Source of the DNA: Vicugna vicugna | Lineage: Eukaryota | Length of the DNA stretch: 64,000 nt | Assembly: GCA_013265495.1 (NCBI GenBank) | Contig: MU058714.1 | Coordinates: 806,001-870,000 of the forward strand | Direction of reading: 5' to 3' | Shown: piece by piece, positions 23,166-36,600 of the stretch | How the letters are laid out: each line of letters begins with the position of its first letter | Numbering within the stretch: position 1 is the first letter of the stretch | The notes under the pieces: generated by a model | What the model was told of the DNA's origin: nothing | Databases searched by the model: none | What the model saw: only the letters and a program-made list of their open reading frames with translations | Position numbers and translations under genes: made by a program

Positions 23166-25199
23166 CGTGCAGATGTAGCAGGCAGCGGGAGCCAGCCAGG
23201 AAGAGGATAGAGAGGCCTTCAGGGGTTAGACTTGGGGGGCTGGGGGAGGAGGACCTCCGAGCAGGGGGAGCAAAGGGGGCCAGTGGGGAAGCGTGGCCCG
23301 AGGCCCCGGGCTGTGGCCGGCGCTGAAAGGCAGGCACAGGAAGACTAACGGTGGGTCAGGCAGCGTTCTAGGGGCACCAGTGTCGTGGAGAGAGGGTGCT
23401 CAAGCCTGAGATGTGCCCAGGACCTCACTCGTCCTGTGGTTTCTATCTCCTGACTCTGTTCTCTTCAAGGGCCAAGGCCATGAGCTGGTCTAGGCAGGGC
23501 AGAGCTCCCCTCTTTGGCAGGAAGTAGGGGGGCTCTCGGTGGGTGCTGAGAGGCCACAGGCAGGGGCTGGGAGGGTGATGGACCCAGCACAGGGCCTACC
23601 CAGCACTGGACTCTGAGCCCATCCAGCAGGGGGCGTCCACCCTGCCTTTTGAAACCGTTGCCCCTGCAGGGGAGAGACTGGGGAGCGGAGGGGTAGGGTG
23701 AGGCAAGGCCCGGGGACCCCATCTGGGAAGAGGAGAGGGCAGGGATTCCCACAGATCCAGCTCTGGACACGGTGGGCATCTCAGACAAGAGTCTGGTCCG
23801 CATCACTGTGGAGGACATTCTGTGGGCCCTGCTGGGTGATCTGGCATCTCGCCTCGAATGGGAGGACAAGGCAGGGTTTTACATGTGCGGGGACATGTCC
23901 TGCTGTGCTCCTGACAGGCCCCACCCACCCAGCCACGCTGGTGTGATGGGGACAGGTCCCTGCTGCCCAGCTTAGCTGGGGGAGAGGCCTCACCAGAGCT
24001 GTCCCCTCTGCCCTCTTCTCGGACACCCCTGCAGTAGTAGCCCTGTCTTGCAAACAAGGAACTGTCCTTCGCAAAGCCCTTTTCATTCACTTGCCTTCCT
24101 CAGGCAAGGCAGGGCCATTGTCCTCACTTGAAAGACAAGGATGCCAAGGGACGTCAGGGGTCTCCCACATGTGCGGTGACGGCGGAGCTCTGGTCTTTGT
24201 GCTCCCACTCAGCCTTCTCTCTGCCCAGCACAGGGCAGCCCCTGCCCCCAGGCCGGGAAAGAGCTGCCAGATCGACAGGACAGGGCGGCAGAGAGGAGGT
24301 TCGAAAAGGGCCAGTGGCCTATCCTGCCCAAAACCTGTGTGGAGGCAGGTCAGGCTGGCTCCTTGGACCCTGCACAAGGAGCTCCACACCTGCTGCCCCT
24401 GCTTCACCACAGGCTTTTCAAGTTCATGCCCCTCGTGTGAACAGCACTAACCCTGTGGCTGCCACGTGGGGGCTGACCCGTCCCGGGCTGTGGTCATTAG
24501 CATCAGACAACTGGGTCCCAACCACCGGGCCTTAGACTCCTTGCACCCTGAGGGGTTTTCCACTGTGAAGGCCCCCTTCCTCTGAGCCACCCTGGGTAGC
24601 CGCCGACCCAGCCTGCCCAGCACGGAGGCCTGAGTGGCCTCCCCCACTTCTGAACCGAGCCCAGCGCTGGAATCAGGGTGGGGAACAGGCGCTCTTGACC
24701 TGTAACTTGCTGACCCCAACACACAGAAGTTATAGGCACAGACTGGAGCCCTTCCCATCTTGGGGAAAGCTCTTCTCACTTTTCTCCAAGCAGGGGTTTC
24801 TGGCACCAGACAGAACCGTGGGCACTCAGTACAGAGTAAATATCCATCGCGTTTGCTCTCAGTTCAGCAAATATTTCCAGAGCATCTATGGAGGGGCCAG
24901 CGGGTGCCGGGGCCAGGGATGAACACAGCTGCCTCTCCATCCTGAGGGTGCTTGGCCTGGCGCGCAGACGGGTGGCCCACCTCCAGGGCGGGAGTGGTTG
25001 AGCAGCCAGGGGGTCTCCTGAGGAGACGATCCCAGAGCAGGGTCTTGAGGGATGAGCAGGGGGAGGTGGCTGGCGCAGGCAGTGCTGGGGGTGGGGGTGG
25101 GGGTGGGGGTGAGGGGCCTGGGAGAGGGAGGGGCTGTCTTCCATCTCTGAAGGGTGAAGTGTAGGGCGGGGCAGGAGAAGGCTTGGGTGAGGGCTGCGA

Positions 25200-25720
25200 G
25201 GTGGGAGCCACGAGCTGGTCCTGTCAGCGGGAAGGCACAGCTGCCGTCCCGAGTGGGGGAGGTTCTGCCTGGGAGGGCAGACTTGAGGCGGACACAGACT
25301 GAGAGGCTGCTGCTGGCTGACGGGGGGTGGGAAGGAAGTGGCGGCAGGAGCCAGGGTGAGAGAGATGGGTCTGAGAACGTTTGAGAAGATTAAATCGTCA
25401 GGCTGTGGTGATGACTTGGGTGTGAGGAGTGAGCAGAGGGAAGGAAACTGGGAAGCTTCCTGGCTCTTCCAGCTTGGGGCGAGGGGGTGGTGATGCCACC
25501 CACTGAGGAGGGGAGAGTCTGGAGGGAGGTGGGGACCACGAGTTCACCCTGGGACATGTCGCGTCTGACGTGGCTATTCAACAGCCAGGAGGAGATTAAA
25601 ATGATGAGGTCCAGGTGCTTGGCCCCCAACCCAGCATCCAGTAGATGCTCCATACTGTCCGCTGAGATGACTGGTCCTGAGCCGACGGGGGCTGCAGGTC
25701 AGGAGGGAGATTGGGGCTGA
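25200..25720 (-). mobile_element. Degenerate L2 LINE fragment
   Basis: Purine-rich degenerate sequence with L2-like motifs (ggtggtgatgccacccactgag, gagttcaccctgggacatgt). Strand is tentative. Confidence 0.4.
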
Positions 25721-26529
25721 CGACGGGGCCCAGCGGCACCCCGAGGGCGGTGGAGCTACAGCCGGTCAGTGGGGAGGTCACCCAGGAAGAGGGCGCAGGA
25801 GCGCACCCAGGACCCCTGTTCAAAGGACCGTCAGTTAGGGTTTCTAATCGAGAGTGATGCTGTCAGGTACCGGACACCAAAGTGCTTCACAGCACTGTCT
25901 TCCCTGCCCTCCTGACAACGGAGATAGTAAATTGGAAAGCCAGGTCTGGATTGGCCCCAGAGCCCGCACCCCGAAACCTGTTTGCGTCCTTCTGTTTGGC
26001 TCCCTCGACCCCCAGCATCTGGCTGGTGGGGTGGGTGCCGGGGCCGCCAGCCCGCCTGTCCTTCCACATCAATTTCACTGTCTGCCAAACGCCAGGAGAG
26101 GGCATATGAAATATAAAGCGAGTTGAGGCGTAAAAGTGTTTCAGAATAAAAATGGTATGTACCAGCGAGGGATTACAGATATTACAAGGCCTGTGCCTGG
26201 ATGCCATCACTCGTACCTGACGGGGAGCGTGGGCTCTGGGCTCCCGAGCCTCCTGCCCTGGGGCCTGGGCTCGCTGGACTGAGGCTGCAGGCCGCCAGCT
26301 CCGGGAGGAGCCGACGGCCCCGGGCGCTGCGAGCGCACCAGAGGCCACAGCGCGAAGCAGCGCCTCTGTTCCCCGCCGGGCTCGGGGGTCCTGTGAGGCG
26401 GCTCGGAGGGGGCTGTCCTGCCGTTCGATTTCCCCCATTTTACAAACAAGGCGGTCGAGGCTTCTTGTGTTTTTGTGCTTTGGCCTGAGAAGCACAGCTC
26501 ACTCCAGTCATGCAAGACCTGGCCTTCTG

Positions 26530-26610
26530 TTTCCACTCATTCATTCATTCATTCATTCACTCATTCGGCAAACATTCTTCCAGCGCCTGCTGTGTGCTGC
26601 CGGGAACTCC
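26530..26610 (-). repeat. (TTCA)n tract, L2 3'-end type
   Basis: cattcattcattcattcattcactcattcggcaaacatt. Confidence 0.6.
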
Positions 26611-27252
26611 AGACAGTGGAGGTGCGAGAGCCTCCCAGCTGAGCTTCTAACAGTTGATGTTTAGAATTTTCCTGGTTTCATGCTTCAATTTCACGCACTT
26701 TCTTAAAACACTGGCCTCCGCCTCCAGCAGCTGTGTTAAGATCCCTCTGAGGTGCTTTCTGGCTGGGGTGAAGCATGAACCTGTGAGCGACTTTCTGGCC
26801 AACCCCCCACCCGGAACGCCAACATCAGAACGATGCAGTGGGCACCCTCTGGGGCCGGGTGAGGCATGCTGGGCGGGAAAGGAGCCCAGCACGTGGGCTC
26901 CGGGGTCACGGCCTTGGCCACCAGCTGCGAGACTCTGGATGGACGTGAGGAGGACGTCAGGTGGCCCACAGGAGGCACCCAGCGGGGCGGGGCTCACTCG
27001 GTGGGCACGTGGTGGTGGTGGTTAGTGGAGTGATATCATGGTGCTGTTGGCCGCACTGGTCCGGCCCAGGGAGGGTCTCCGAGCCAGGAGGGGAGCAGAC
27101 GTGATGGGCAGGAAGCAGGGGGACTGTGCACCCACCTCTTTTTTTCGTGATCCTGAGTCAGAGTCTGTCAAACCTCTCAGATCCTGCGGGTGTGGGCATG
27201 TCATGAGGATGAAACAGGAGCTCCTGGGAGAGGGGCCCTCCTCAAACACCCG

Positions 27253-27255
<3 letters not shown>

Positions 27256-27291
<36 letters not shown>

Positions 27292-27345
27292 AGTGTGTGT
27301 GAGTGTGTGTGTGAGTGTGTGTGTGAGTGTGTGTGTGTGTGAGTG
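27256..27345 (+). repeat. Compound (TG)n/(GTGTGTGTGTGA)n microsatellite
   Basis: Direct reading. Confidence 0.95.
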
Positions 27346-28659
27346 AGGAGTGGGGCAGAGAGGAGAAATCTTAAACTGTCATGTGGTGGGAAGAAAACAA
27401 AAGAACGAATCCTGACATCCTGTTGGGATGTCTTGGGGTCACCAAGCCTCCTTCTGGGGAAGGTTTTCATTTCCTGTTCCACTGTTTGCTGTGCACAGGG
27501 ACAGCCCAGTGCCCTAGGAGGCCGTGCTGCCTCAGGAACGTGCAGGAAACTGGCCAGAGCCACCCTCACCCGTCCAGCCCACCCCCAGCTCAGGACCAGC
27601 CCCACTGGCTGACAGTGACTCGGGCAGGGTCCCCCGAGCCAGCTGGCCTCAGCTGTGACTGTCCCCGAGGCCTGTTGCTGGGGGTGAGGGGGACGACCTC
27701 CCAGAGGACCCTGTACCGTGCTCCCTGACGGCTTCTGGTCAGCCCGTCCATCTCCAGCCGGGAGGGAAGTGAGCATCCATTTTTATTCCTTCTAACGGGG
27801 CTCTTTACTCAGTGCTGCCCACAGGCCAGGACAGCGCTGGGCGCCGCGCGGGGCACAGGGAGGAGGAGCTGCCCCCACCCTCCTGTGGGGATAAATCCGC
27901 CTAAACAAGGGATTCTTGCAGCAAGGAGCTGTGACAGGGAGCGCGCCCATCACCTCTGGGCCTCACCTCCCACCACAGCCACTGCTGGACTCAGATCTAA
28001 ACAGGCTGTGGCCTGCTCCCCACCGGCCCCCCGTGCAGCCAGGTGGCCCTCGCTTCCTCACGGCCCTGGGGCTTCTCCCCCTGCCCCAGCAGAAATCTGC
28101 TCTGCACACTCACGGCATGCTCAGAAGTGGGGGGTGGGGCCACACTGGACCAATGGTATAAAGAATGATGGGCAAGAACCGTTCTCTGCCCCCGGAGAGA
28201 TGGTCCTGGGGTGGTTCATAGGCGTCTTCGGAGGTCCCCCGGGCTTAAGCACAGGTGCCCACAGCCATGGCCAACTCCATCTCTCCATCACCCTTGCACT
28301 CCTGTTCCTTCCTGGACCACTTCACAGGTAAACCACCTACCAGCCTCTGGCTCTGCTTTTGGGAGAACCAAGCTGACTCAGGGCATCTGTGGAGCACACA
28401 GCAGACCCTTGACCCAGGCAGGGGGCCGGGGGTACCTTCCCAAGGGAACAGTGTTTAAGATGAGCTCTGAGGCAGGAGTGAGAGTTATCTGGGCAAAGAG
28501 GCCTTCTAGGGGAGGAAATGGGCATGTGCAAAGGCCCCGAGGCAGCAAGGTGGGCGTGTTGAGCACAGAGCATGGGGTGGGCAGCAGGAGGACGTGGGGT
28601 TCAGCAGGGCCTTCTTGTAGGTCACCCTGGAGGCTATAGACTGCACAAGAAGGGTTTGG

Positions 28660-29300
28660 ATCATATTGTTTTTTCAGATCCTTTTCCATTACAGGTTATT
28701 ATAAGATATTGAATGCAGTTCCCTGTGCTCTACAATAGGTCCTTGCTGTTTATCTATTTTGTATATAGTACTTTGTATCTGCTAATCCCAGACTCCTAAT
28801 TTATTCCTCCCTTTTCCCCTTTGATAACCATAAGCTTGTTTTCTGTCTGTGGGTCTATTTCTAGTTTGTAAATAAGTTCGTTTTTATCACTTTTTCAGAT
28901 TCCATATGTAAGTGAGGTCATATGGTATTTGCCTTTCTCTGACTGACTTCGTATGATCATCTCTAGGTCCATCTATGTTGTTGTAAATGGCAGTATTTCA
29001 TTCTTCTTTATGGCTGAGTAGTATTCCATTGTCTATTTATATTATACCACCTCTTCTTTATCCAGTCATCTGCTGATGGACACTAAGGCTGCTTCCATGT
29101 CTTGCCTGCTGTAAATAGCGCTGCTGTGAACACGGGGGTGCACGCATCTTTTCAAGTTAGCGTTTTCGTCTTTCCCGGATGTATGCCTAGGACTGGGATT
29201 GCTGTGTCATGTTTTTTAGGTTTTTAGTTTTTAAGGGAATCTCCATCCAGTTCTCCGTGGTGGCTGCCCCATTACATTCCCACCAGCAGTGTAAGAGGTG
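28660..29300 (-). mobile_element. L1 3' end (cetartiodactyl-type 3' UTR)
   Basis: ttccattacaggttattataagatattgaa...tatggctgagtagtattccattg...ttacattcccaccagcagtgtaagagg. Confidence 0.85.
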
Positions 29301-32300
29301 CAGGTGACTGTATCTGAAAGCTTCTCCTGGCCACTCAGTGGGGAACGGGTGCAGCACTGGCCCTGAACGACAGGGAGACCAGCCTGTCCCCGTGACCGGG
29401 GGGGTGCGGCTGGGAGCAGGGGTGAAGGTGCGGGGAACACCCAACAGGACGCCTCGCGTGGCAGCGGTGTCCCTTCTGTGGGAGTTCCAGGACTGACTGT
29501 ATGGGCTCTGGCCTCCGTGCCGTCCTGGGTGATTTTGCAGGGGCTCGGCAGCCCTGTCTCCCCTCCTCAGGCTTCTGACACGGCCCTGCTGGCCTGCTCG
29601 CCTCTGTCTCCTTGCCCCTTAGATCGGCCTGGGGACACCCCAGCTTCACCCGCTGTCCGTAACTCCTGGCCTTGAAGCGAAAGTGGAGGAGGGAGGGCAG
29701 TGCGGCCTGTCTGTGCCACGTGGGGGCTGCTCAGATACCCTGGATGTGCCCTGAGTGGCCAGCCGCGTGCAGGCTACACACTGGTGCTAGATCCTCAGAC
29801 AGGTCACCTCTGGAGTCTCGGTTTCTTCAGCTGTGAAGGAGGAATGTTCTCTGCCTGCCCAGAAACCGGGTCACGAGCACAGCAGGGACCAGTGGTGGGC
29901 CCAGCAGTGGGGCTGGCATGAAGCGGGTTGGGGAGCTGAGGAGGGAAGGGCAGCTCCCTGCTCTCCCACCGCCCGAGGTCCAGCTCCTGCCTGGGGGGTG
30001 GGCTCTTCCCCCACCCCCACCCCCGTCTGCTCTGACTGTAGGTGCCCAGGCACCCAGGGGTGGCTTCCAGGGAGGGTACTGCGGGCCCCCCTCCACTGGA
30101 GGGGCCAGGCTGCTTGATCCAGCGGCAGGCCTTCCAGATCCTGGGTGGGCTGTGGGCACCCCGTAGAAGGGGACCCACATCGGAGCTGGACCAGGCGAGG
30201 CTGGGAGGGAACTCAGCAGGATGGAGACCTGGCCGCAGGGAATCCCACCTTCTGATGGCCAGACTCGGCCCCCCTCCCATGGACCAGCCTCCCTGCATGG
30301 GGAGTGTCCTTACCCGACCAGTCTGGAGGTGCCCAGCCGCGCTGCTGCCACTGTAAGTGAGGGGCGCCTCACAGAGCTTGGTGGGGGAGCTCTGAGCCAG
30401 AAACCAGCTGCGTTTTGCTGCAGTGTCTGGCCTGGAGGCCCAGGCTGCCGCTCCCTGGCGGGGCCTCTCCACCCCCTGTCTCTGTCTCACACGCGTGCAC
30501 GCTTCCTCTCCCCCCACCGCTCCGTCCTTCTATCTGGGCCTCACACTCATAGTATTTGGGTCTGTGAAGTCACTGCTTCCTTCCTGGGGCTGCCATTTAT
30601 AGCTGGAGGCAATGAAAGCTCCCATTTTACACTCGCTGGGCCCCCTGCAGCACTACAGAGACACAGATCCCTTTGTTGCAAATAATTAATTTGGTTCCAT
30701 ATTGCATAACATCCTAAAAAGCTTTCCAGGGCAAGCTCCCGCCGGCCGGACACTGTGATCTCATCAATATTGCTCTGCAGCGGGCACTACTGTTATGCGG
30801 TTTCATTAAAAATTTAATTTGTGGTTTAAATCTGCAGTGTTCCCTTTAACAGGATGTAAAGGGAGGGACAGGCTTCGGGTTGGGGGGGGGCGAGCAGACC
30901 TGGGGGAGAGGAATCCCAAGCCCCAGGAGAGGGCGGGGCCTTCCCAGGGCGGGAGTAGCCGCCCCTTTCCGATTGGCTGCCTGCCGGGCTGCCGCTCCTG
31001 GTGCTGGAGGGAGGGTGACTGGACCATTCACAGAAATGGTTTCTCCGAAGCCTGTACTGTTTCCCTTTCATCTCAGCCACAGGGAAAGGCAGCGCTCAGG
31101 AGCCTGTGCGCTGGAGGAGGGCCAGGGTGGCGGGGAGAGGCTTTCAGCAGAGACCCCGTGCCTCTCCCGACCAGAGCTGCAACCCCACCCAAACACCCAG
31201 CTGTGTGGCCTCCTGCAGGTTACTTGCCCTCTCTGAGTTCTGGTCACCCCACCGCCCCATAAAGTCAATGCCATGTCTCCCTGGAGAATAGCGAGCGGCC
31301 TCCTAATTCTAAGTCGGGACAGCCTGTGCCACTGTCACCCCCCGTGTGGCCGTGGGGCAGGTGGCCCTTGGTGACAAGGTAGCAGTCCATGGGACCCCTG
31401 CTGGGAATCGCTGGTGTCTGAAAGGCCACTGTTATTCCTACTTCTTCAACTGGACCTCACTCCCTCCCAGAGAGCGCTTAGGTGATGCCACCAGCCTGGC
31501 AGCCTACAGGCCCCACCTCGAGATTTTGTTTCCAAGGAGGGGCCTTCACTGGGGTGGGGGTTTGTTTTACGCTTTGCAGGGAGGGAGGAGGAGGCACGTG
31601 AGAGCTCTGGCTCTGGCGGGGGGTGGGAGAGAAACAAGGGGGGTGGGGGAGCACAGATGGGCACTTGGGCAAGTTCATAACAGCGCCCTGCCTGCGGGGG
31701 CTCTGCCTGGGGGCGCGTCAGCCCCGCAGGCTCCGGCAAGGCCACTGGCTCTCTTGTCTCGGAAGGCCGGGATTCATGTACCCGGGTCTGCCTTCTGACA
31801 TTGTTCCAGAGTGATTAAGTTAAGTCTCCTGGGGCCAGCTGGAGAGAAAGGACAAATTGCTTTGCAAAATTGATTTGCTGCCGTAGCATTTGTAGCCCGG
31901 GGCGCCCACAGCGGCAGGTGCATTGGTGCCCTCCCCCCCACCAAGAGGGCTCAGTGGCCATGTGCACACAGGCCACATGCCACGTGTCCGGGACAGGATT
32001 TGGGCACCGCTCGTGTCAGTGCGCACATCTGTGTCCACTCGTGGTGGGCTCACGGCAAACCCTCAGTGTCTCTAATGCCCATGTGGGGCAGACGGCCACC
32101 CACAGCCCCAGCCTGCAGGGAGACTTGTCCCAAAGACCCCTGGAGGGTCTATTTCCCTGGAATATCAGGGGTACCACAGGGGCGAGAGCCGGGGTCTGAA
32201 CATCTGAGACTTGGAAGTTCCCTAAGAAGAGGGGCAGAGCCGATGCCAGACCAGGGTCTCCGGACCCCAGCGGGGCCTTTTCACCCCCGGGCTGCCTTCC

Positions 32301-33059
32301 TGCGTTCCTGGGGAAATTGGGCAAGGCAAATATCGCAGTTTTCAAGCAATCTGTGAACTCAGATGATGGTAAGATGAGGCCCACAGGCCACACAGCTGGG
32401 CAGCTGGGGACCATCCCGGGAAGGAGGGTGTGCTAGGGCCAGGGGGTCCACCAGACAGGAGAGCCTGGCTGGTATTGCCACCCAGATGGAACAGGACAGA
32501 CAGTTCCTTCCTGGCAGGCCCACGGTGCGTTAGAAAGCACACGCTTGGCGATGGAGACAGCTTGGCCTGGCTGCTGCCCAGGAAACAGAGAGGACTCAGG
32601 TCCCGGGGCGCTGCGGGCTTCCCGGCCTGCTTCCCAGGCAGTCTGTGAGCCCTGGCTTGGAGCACCCTCTGGACACTGCTGGGCAGTGGGAAGATGGTCG
32701 GGGAGCCTGGCACTGAGAGGCGGCTTCAGCACCACACCTGGGCTGGAGCCAGCTCCTCCGCTCCGCTGCTCTGTGACCTCAGACAGGTGACTTCACCTCT
32801 CTGGGCTGTGTCGACGGTTAAATTAGACAAAGCCCATAAAGCTCTCAGAATGGGGCTGGTCTGCAGAAATAAATCAGTAAAACTGATTAGTAAATGCTGC
32901 TGCTGGTCGTTTTTGTCTTTCCCTCCCTCAGGATGCTCCGGTTCTTGTAATAACACGAGGGAGTGAAGGACGGGGTAAGCCGGTGGTCCCGGGCTAGGGG
33001 GCTCTGGCCTGTTGTGCAGGCCGGGCCCTTGCACCACAGCACTGCCCCACTCTAAGCGC

Positions 33060-33625
33060 TTAAATTTTTCAATTTAAATTAAAAAAATTTAAATTGTAGT
33101 AAAATATACGTAACAAAATGTATCATTTTAACCACTCTTAAGTATGCAGTTCAGCGGTGTTACGCACATTCACGGTGGTAAGCCGCCGTCTGCAGAGCTC
33201 TTTAACTTTCCCAGACTGATGCTCTGTCCCCATGAAACACGAATTCCCCATCTCCCCGCCTCCAGCCCCGGGCACCTACCCTTCCGCCTTCTGTCTCCAT
33301 GGATCTCACTCTTCTGGGGACCTCGTGTAAGTGGGACCACACATGCTTGTCCTTTGGCGACGGGCTGATGTCACTGAGCAGTGTCCTCAAGGTCCATCCG
33401 TGTTGCAGCAGGTGTCAGCATGTCCTTCCTTTTCAAGGCTGAATAAGATTCCACTGTCTGGATGGACCACATTTTCTGTATCCACTCACCTGAAGCTTGA
33501 GTGGCTTCCTCCCTCTGGTGATTGTGGGCAGTGCTGACATAAAGGTGGGTGCACCAGCATCTCTTCTAGACTCTGCCTTCACTTATTTTAAATACACTCC
33601 CAGAAGTGGGGTTTCTGGATCATGT
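33060..33625 (-). mobile_element. L1MB-like 3' end
   Basis: gtaaaatatacgtaacaaaatgtatcattttaacc...tccttccttttcaaggctgaataagattcc...cccagaagtggggtttctggatcatgtgg. Confidence 0.8.
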
Positions 33626-36600
33626 GGTCCCCACCCCCCCATTACACATGCAGGAGCTAGGGCTACACCGAGGTGTTCGCCCAGGGTCGCAGTGTCTCCA
33701 CCCCACCCCCTTGCCTCTGGCTCCTCGGCGGCCCATCCTGGGCCTTCCAGAAGGCTCTCTGGAAGAGGTGAGCCATGATGGCTGCACTGAAGGAGTCATC
33801 ACCATCATCCCAGGGAGGGATGTGTAGGCCAGGATGGCAAGTGGCCAGTCACCAACCGGCCTGGACTGAGTGTGACACGTCCTGGTGCTGGGAAGACAGT
33901 TGTGAGGTCCCCCGAGAGGAGATATGGATGGGGAGCAAGTTCAAAGGCAGCAGGAGGGGCACGAGGCCTCAGGCTCTGGTCCCCTCTGCGTCAGGGCCTG
34001 TCACTGGCAGCATGGGCAGGCGCCCTCTGCCCCTGGTGGCCACCTCGGCTTCTGTGGGACCTGGGGAGTGCCCATCCCCAGCGTGGGAGGCCTGGAGGCT
34101 CTCCACGGCTCGGGTGGGGGGCTCAGCAGGAGGGGCTCCTGCTGCGTGTCCTCTGTCCCAGGGCCTGCACAGTGCTCTGGGGGGTCAGCAGAGCCGCCTG
34201 GCCTTGGTGGGGATGCGGGCTCTGCCCTTCCCAGGATGGCCCTGTCCTGGAGCAGGGTTGGCCTTGAGAGGCTGGGGTCCTGCCCCAAAGCCTCTTCAGT
34301 TTCCTTATAAGAACCAAAGGGCTCCCTGCTTCCCAGGGGACCCAGACACAGAGAGGTGGCTCTGGTGGCATGTCCTCAATGAATTGTCTTGAGTAGTCCC
34401 ACCCCCCCTGCAGATAGGGCCGCACTCCGCCCCTGTGGCTGGAAGCCTCTGGCAGTAGACGAATCGGGGCTGAGCGTCACTGCAGCCCAGGGTGTCCCAG
34501 ACCTTCCATGTCACAGTGACTCGTTTCGGTCCCTGAATGCCTGAGGTGCAGGGAGGCCTCCGGCTGACCTGTGCTGGACCTTGGGCGGGAAGAGAAAGGG
34601 CGCCTGTCATTTGTGGCAGCTGACATCTCGGGATGCTTGAGACTGTACCAGAACCAGGTCCCGCGTCCTGACCGGTGCGGTGGCTGAGGGGTCGGCCCAG
34701 CTGCCCGGGTCCGGCCCAGGCTGGGTTCTCTTGTCTCTGTTCTCCTGTGAGGTAACTAGTACCCGCTAACCACTTCCTTCTCAGCTTAACTTGACCCCAT
34801 TTAGAGTTTTTCCCTTGCTCCCGCAGCCTGGACGGGCAGGGAGGCTGGCTCACCTCTTACCCACCAACTTATCCCTGGGATGTGGGCCAGGCAGCCGGGA
34901 GGGGTGGAACAGGCTGGGTTCCAGAAACAAAGGAGGCTCGCTGGGGAGAGGTGGTGCGGTGGTGAGGGGTGTGTGTGTCGGGCGGAGCCCGAAAGGAACC
35001 TGCCCGCCTCTGAAGGCCACGCAGCTGAACAGGAGCACAGCTTTGCCTGCACCCCACACCCCCCACGCCCCAACCAAGCCCGGGTTAGGGTCCTGCCGCA
35101 CCAACTACCAGCTGTGCGTCTGTGCCCAAATTCCTGCCTCGGAACGCTGCGAAGGACGTCTGAAACAGCGATACTAGGACATGGGGTTGCGGGGAAGATG
35201 TCAGGAGGAGAAATGCAGAAAGTGCCTGGCACAGTGTCTGGACGTAGCGGGTCCTCCTTCACTCTAAGCGTGCCGTCCATCCCGGCCAGCTGGGGCCGGC
35301 AGCGGCCGGGACCGTAGGTCAGGAGCCTACGGCCCCGCCTGCCTGCGGGCCCCTCCTTGCGCAAGGGAGCCGGGCGCCCTCCGCAGGCCACGCTCCTGGA
35401 CAGAGCGGGGCGGCTGCGGGCTCTCGGCGTCTGTGGCCTCCAGGATTCCTGTGGTTGGGATCCCTGTGCTCTGACTGCTGGTAAAGTATTTTGCTGCTGG
35501 GAAGCCTTGAGCATCTCCACCAACGGACATAAATAAAAACAGTAACTTGGCTGTAGGGAAGCTTCGCCTGGTGTGTCCAGCCCGGAGCGCCCTGGCATGC
35601 TGCGAGGCGGCCCTTGCCAGCGGGTGCAGGGGCAGGCGATCAGCCGCTCGCGCTCTGTGTCTCTGGGCCAGGTACCCCTTACTCTCTGGGCTGCAAATGG
35701 AGTGGGGGATGAGCCAGGTGCCCCCACCCCGGTGGCACGGGAGGGTGGGGAGGCAGGCCAGAGGGTGACATCTCTCCATTGCCTCCCTGCAGCTGGACGT
35801 GGAGTGTGCAGATGGGGACATGTTGGTCAGATCCTAGAGCTGGGGGTATGCGCGGGGCTTTGGAGCCGGGCCAATGTGGGTGCAAGTCCTGGTCCGTGTG
35901 CATCGCCTGCGCCCGTGCGCAGGTCCCACCAACTCAATAAATCTTGGCCCTCAGGGTGCAGAACAGAAACGGTGACGGTCTCCACTTCCAGGGGCTGGGC
36001 CATGTGTGCAGCCCTCAGCCCCGTCCTGCCCTGGCCTGCCCTGCGCAGGTGGTCCGGGGTCAGGCCCAGCTGCCTGTGGGGTGTCCCCATCTCCCGCCCC
36101 AGCACAGAGGAGGTGCCTGGCCTGCCTGCTGCAGGGAGGGGGCCTGACCTCGTCCTGGGTCAAATAGGACACTGAACGCTGGTTGGTGGGAACTTCCCCA
36201 GGAGGGGGACAGGGGCAGGTATGCGGGCTGCAGGGGGGCCTAGAGTCCAGCCAGGCTCATTGGGCCCGGCAGCCTGGGGTCTGAGAGGGCTCAGAGGGTC
36301 CCTAGGCTGCTCCCCAGTTTTTGCCTGACAGCGAGGCTTCTACCCCATCTAACATGAGCCTCTGTCTTCTTTACTTTGAACATTGTGATGGCGCGTTTTC
36401 ACTTATTATTTTTATACTTAATAGCACTTTTCTGAACATGGAAAAATACAGGCCCGTGAGAGATGATTCAGACTGTACGGTTAGCTACTGAGGCCCCTCC
36501 AATGCAACCTGTGGCCCCCAAACACTCTGACGTTCCCTGGATGTTTCCGGGAGCCCCCGCGCCTGGGAGCAGAGGGGACGGGGGATTCAGGGCTGGAAGT

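Noticed and set aside
32725..32745. RE1/REST site (TTCAGCACCAC)
   Set aside because: Left half only; no GGACAG right half at canonical spacing.
34801..35727. Long intergenic ORFs (308 aa here, also 312 aa at 8941-9879 and 276 aa at 50556-51386)
   Set aside because: Pro/Gly/Arg/Ala-rich with no domains or convincing splice structure. Expected at this GC content.
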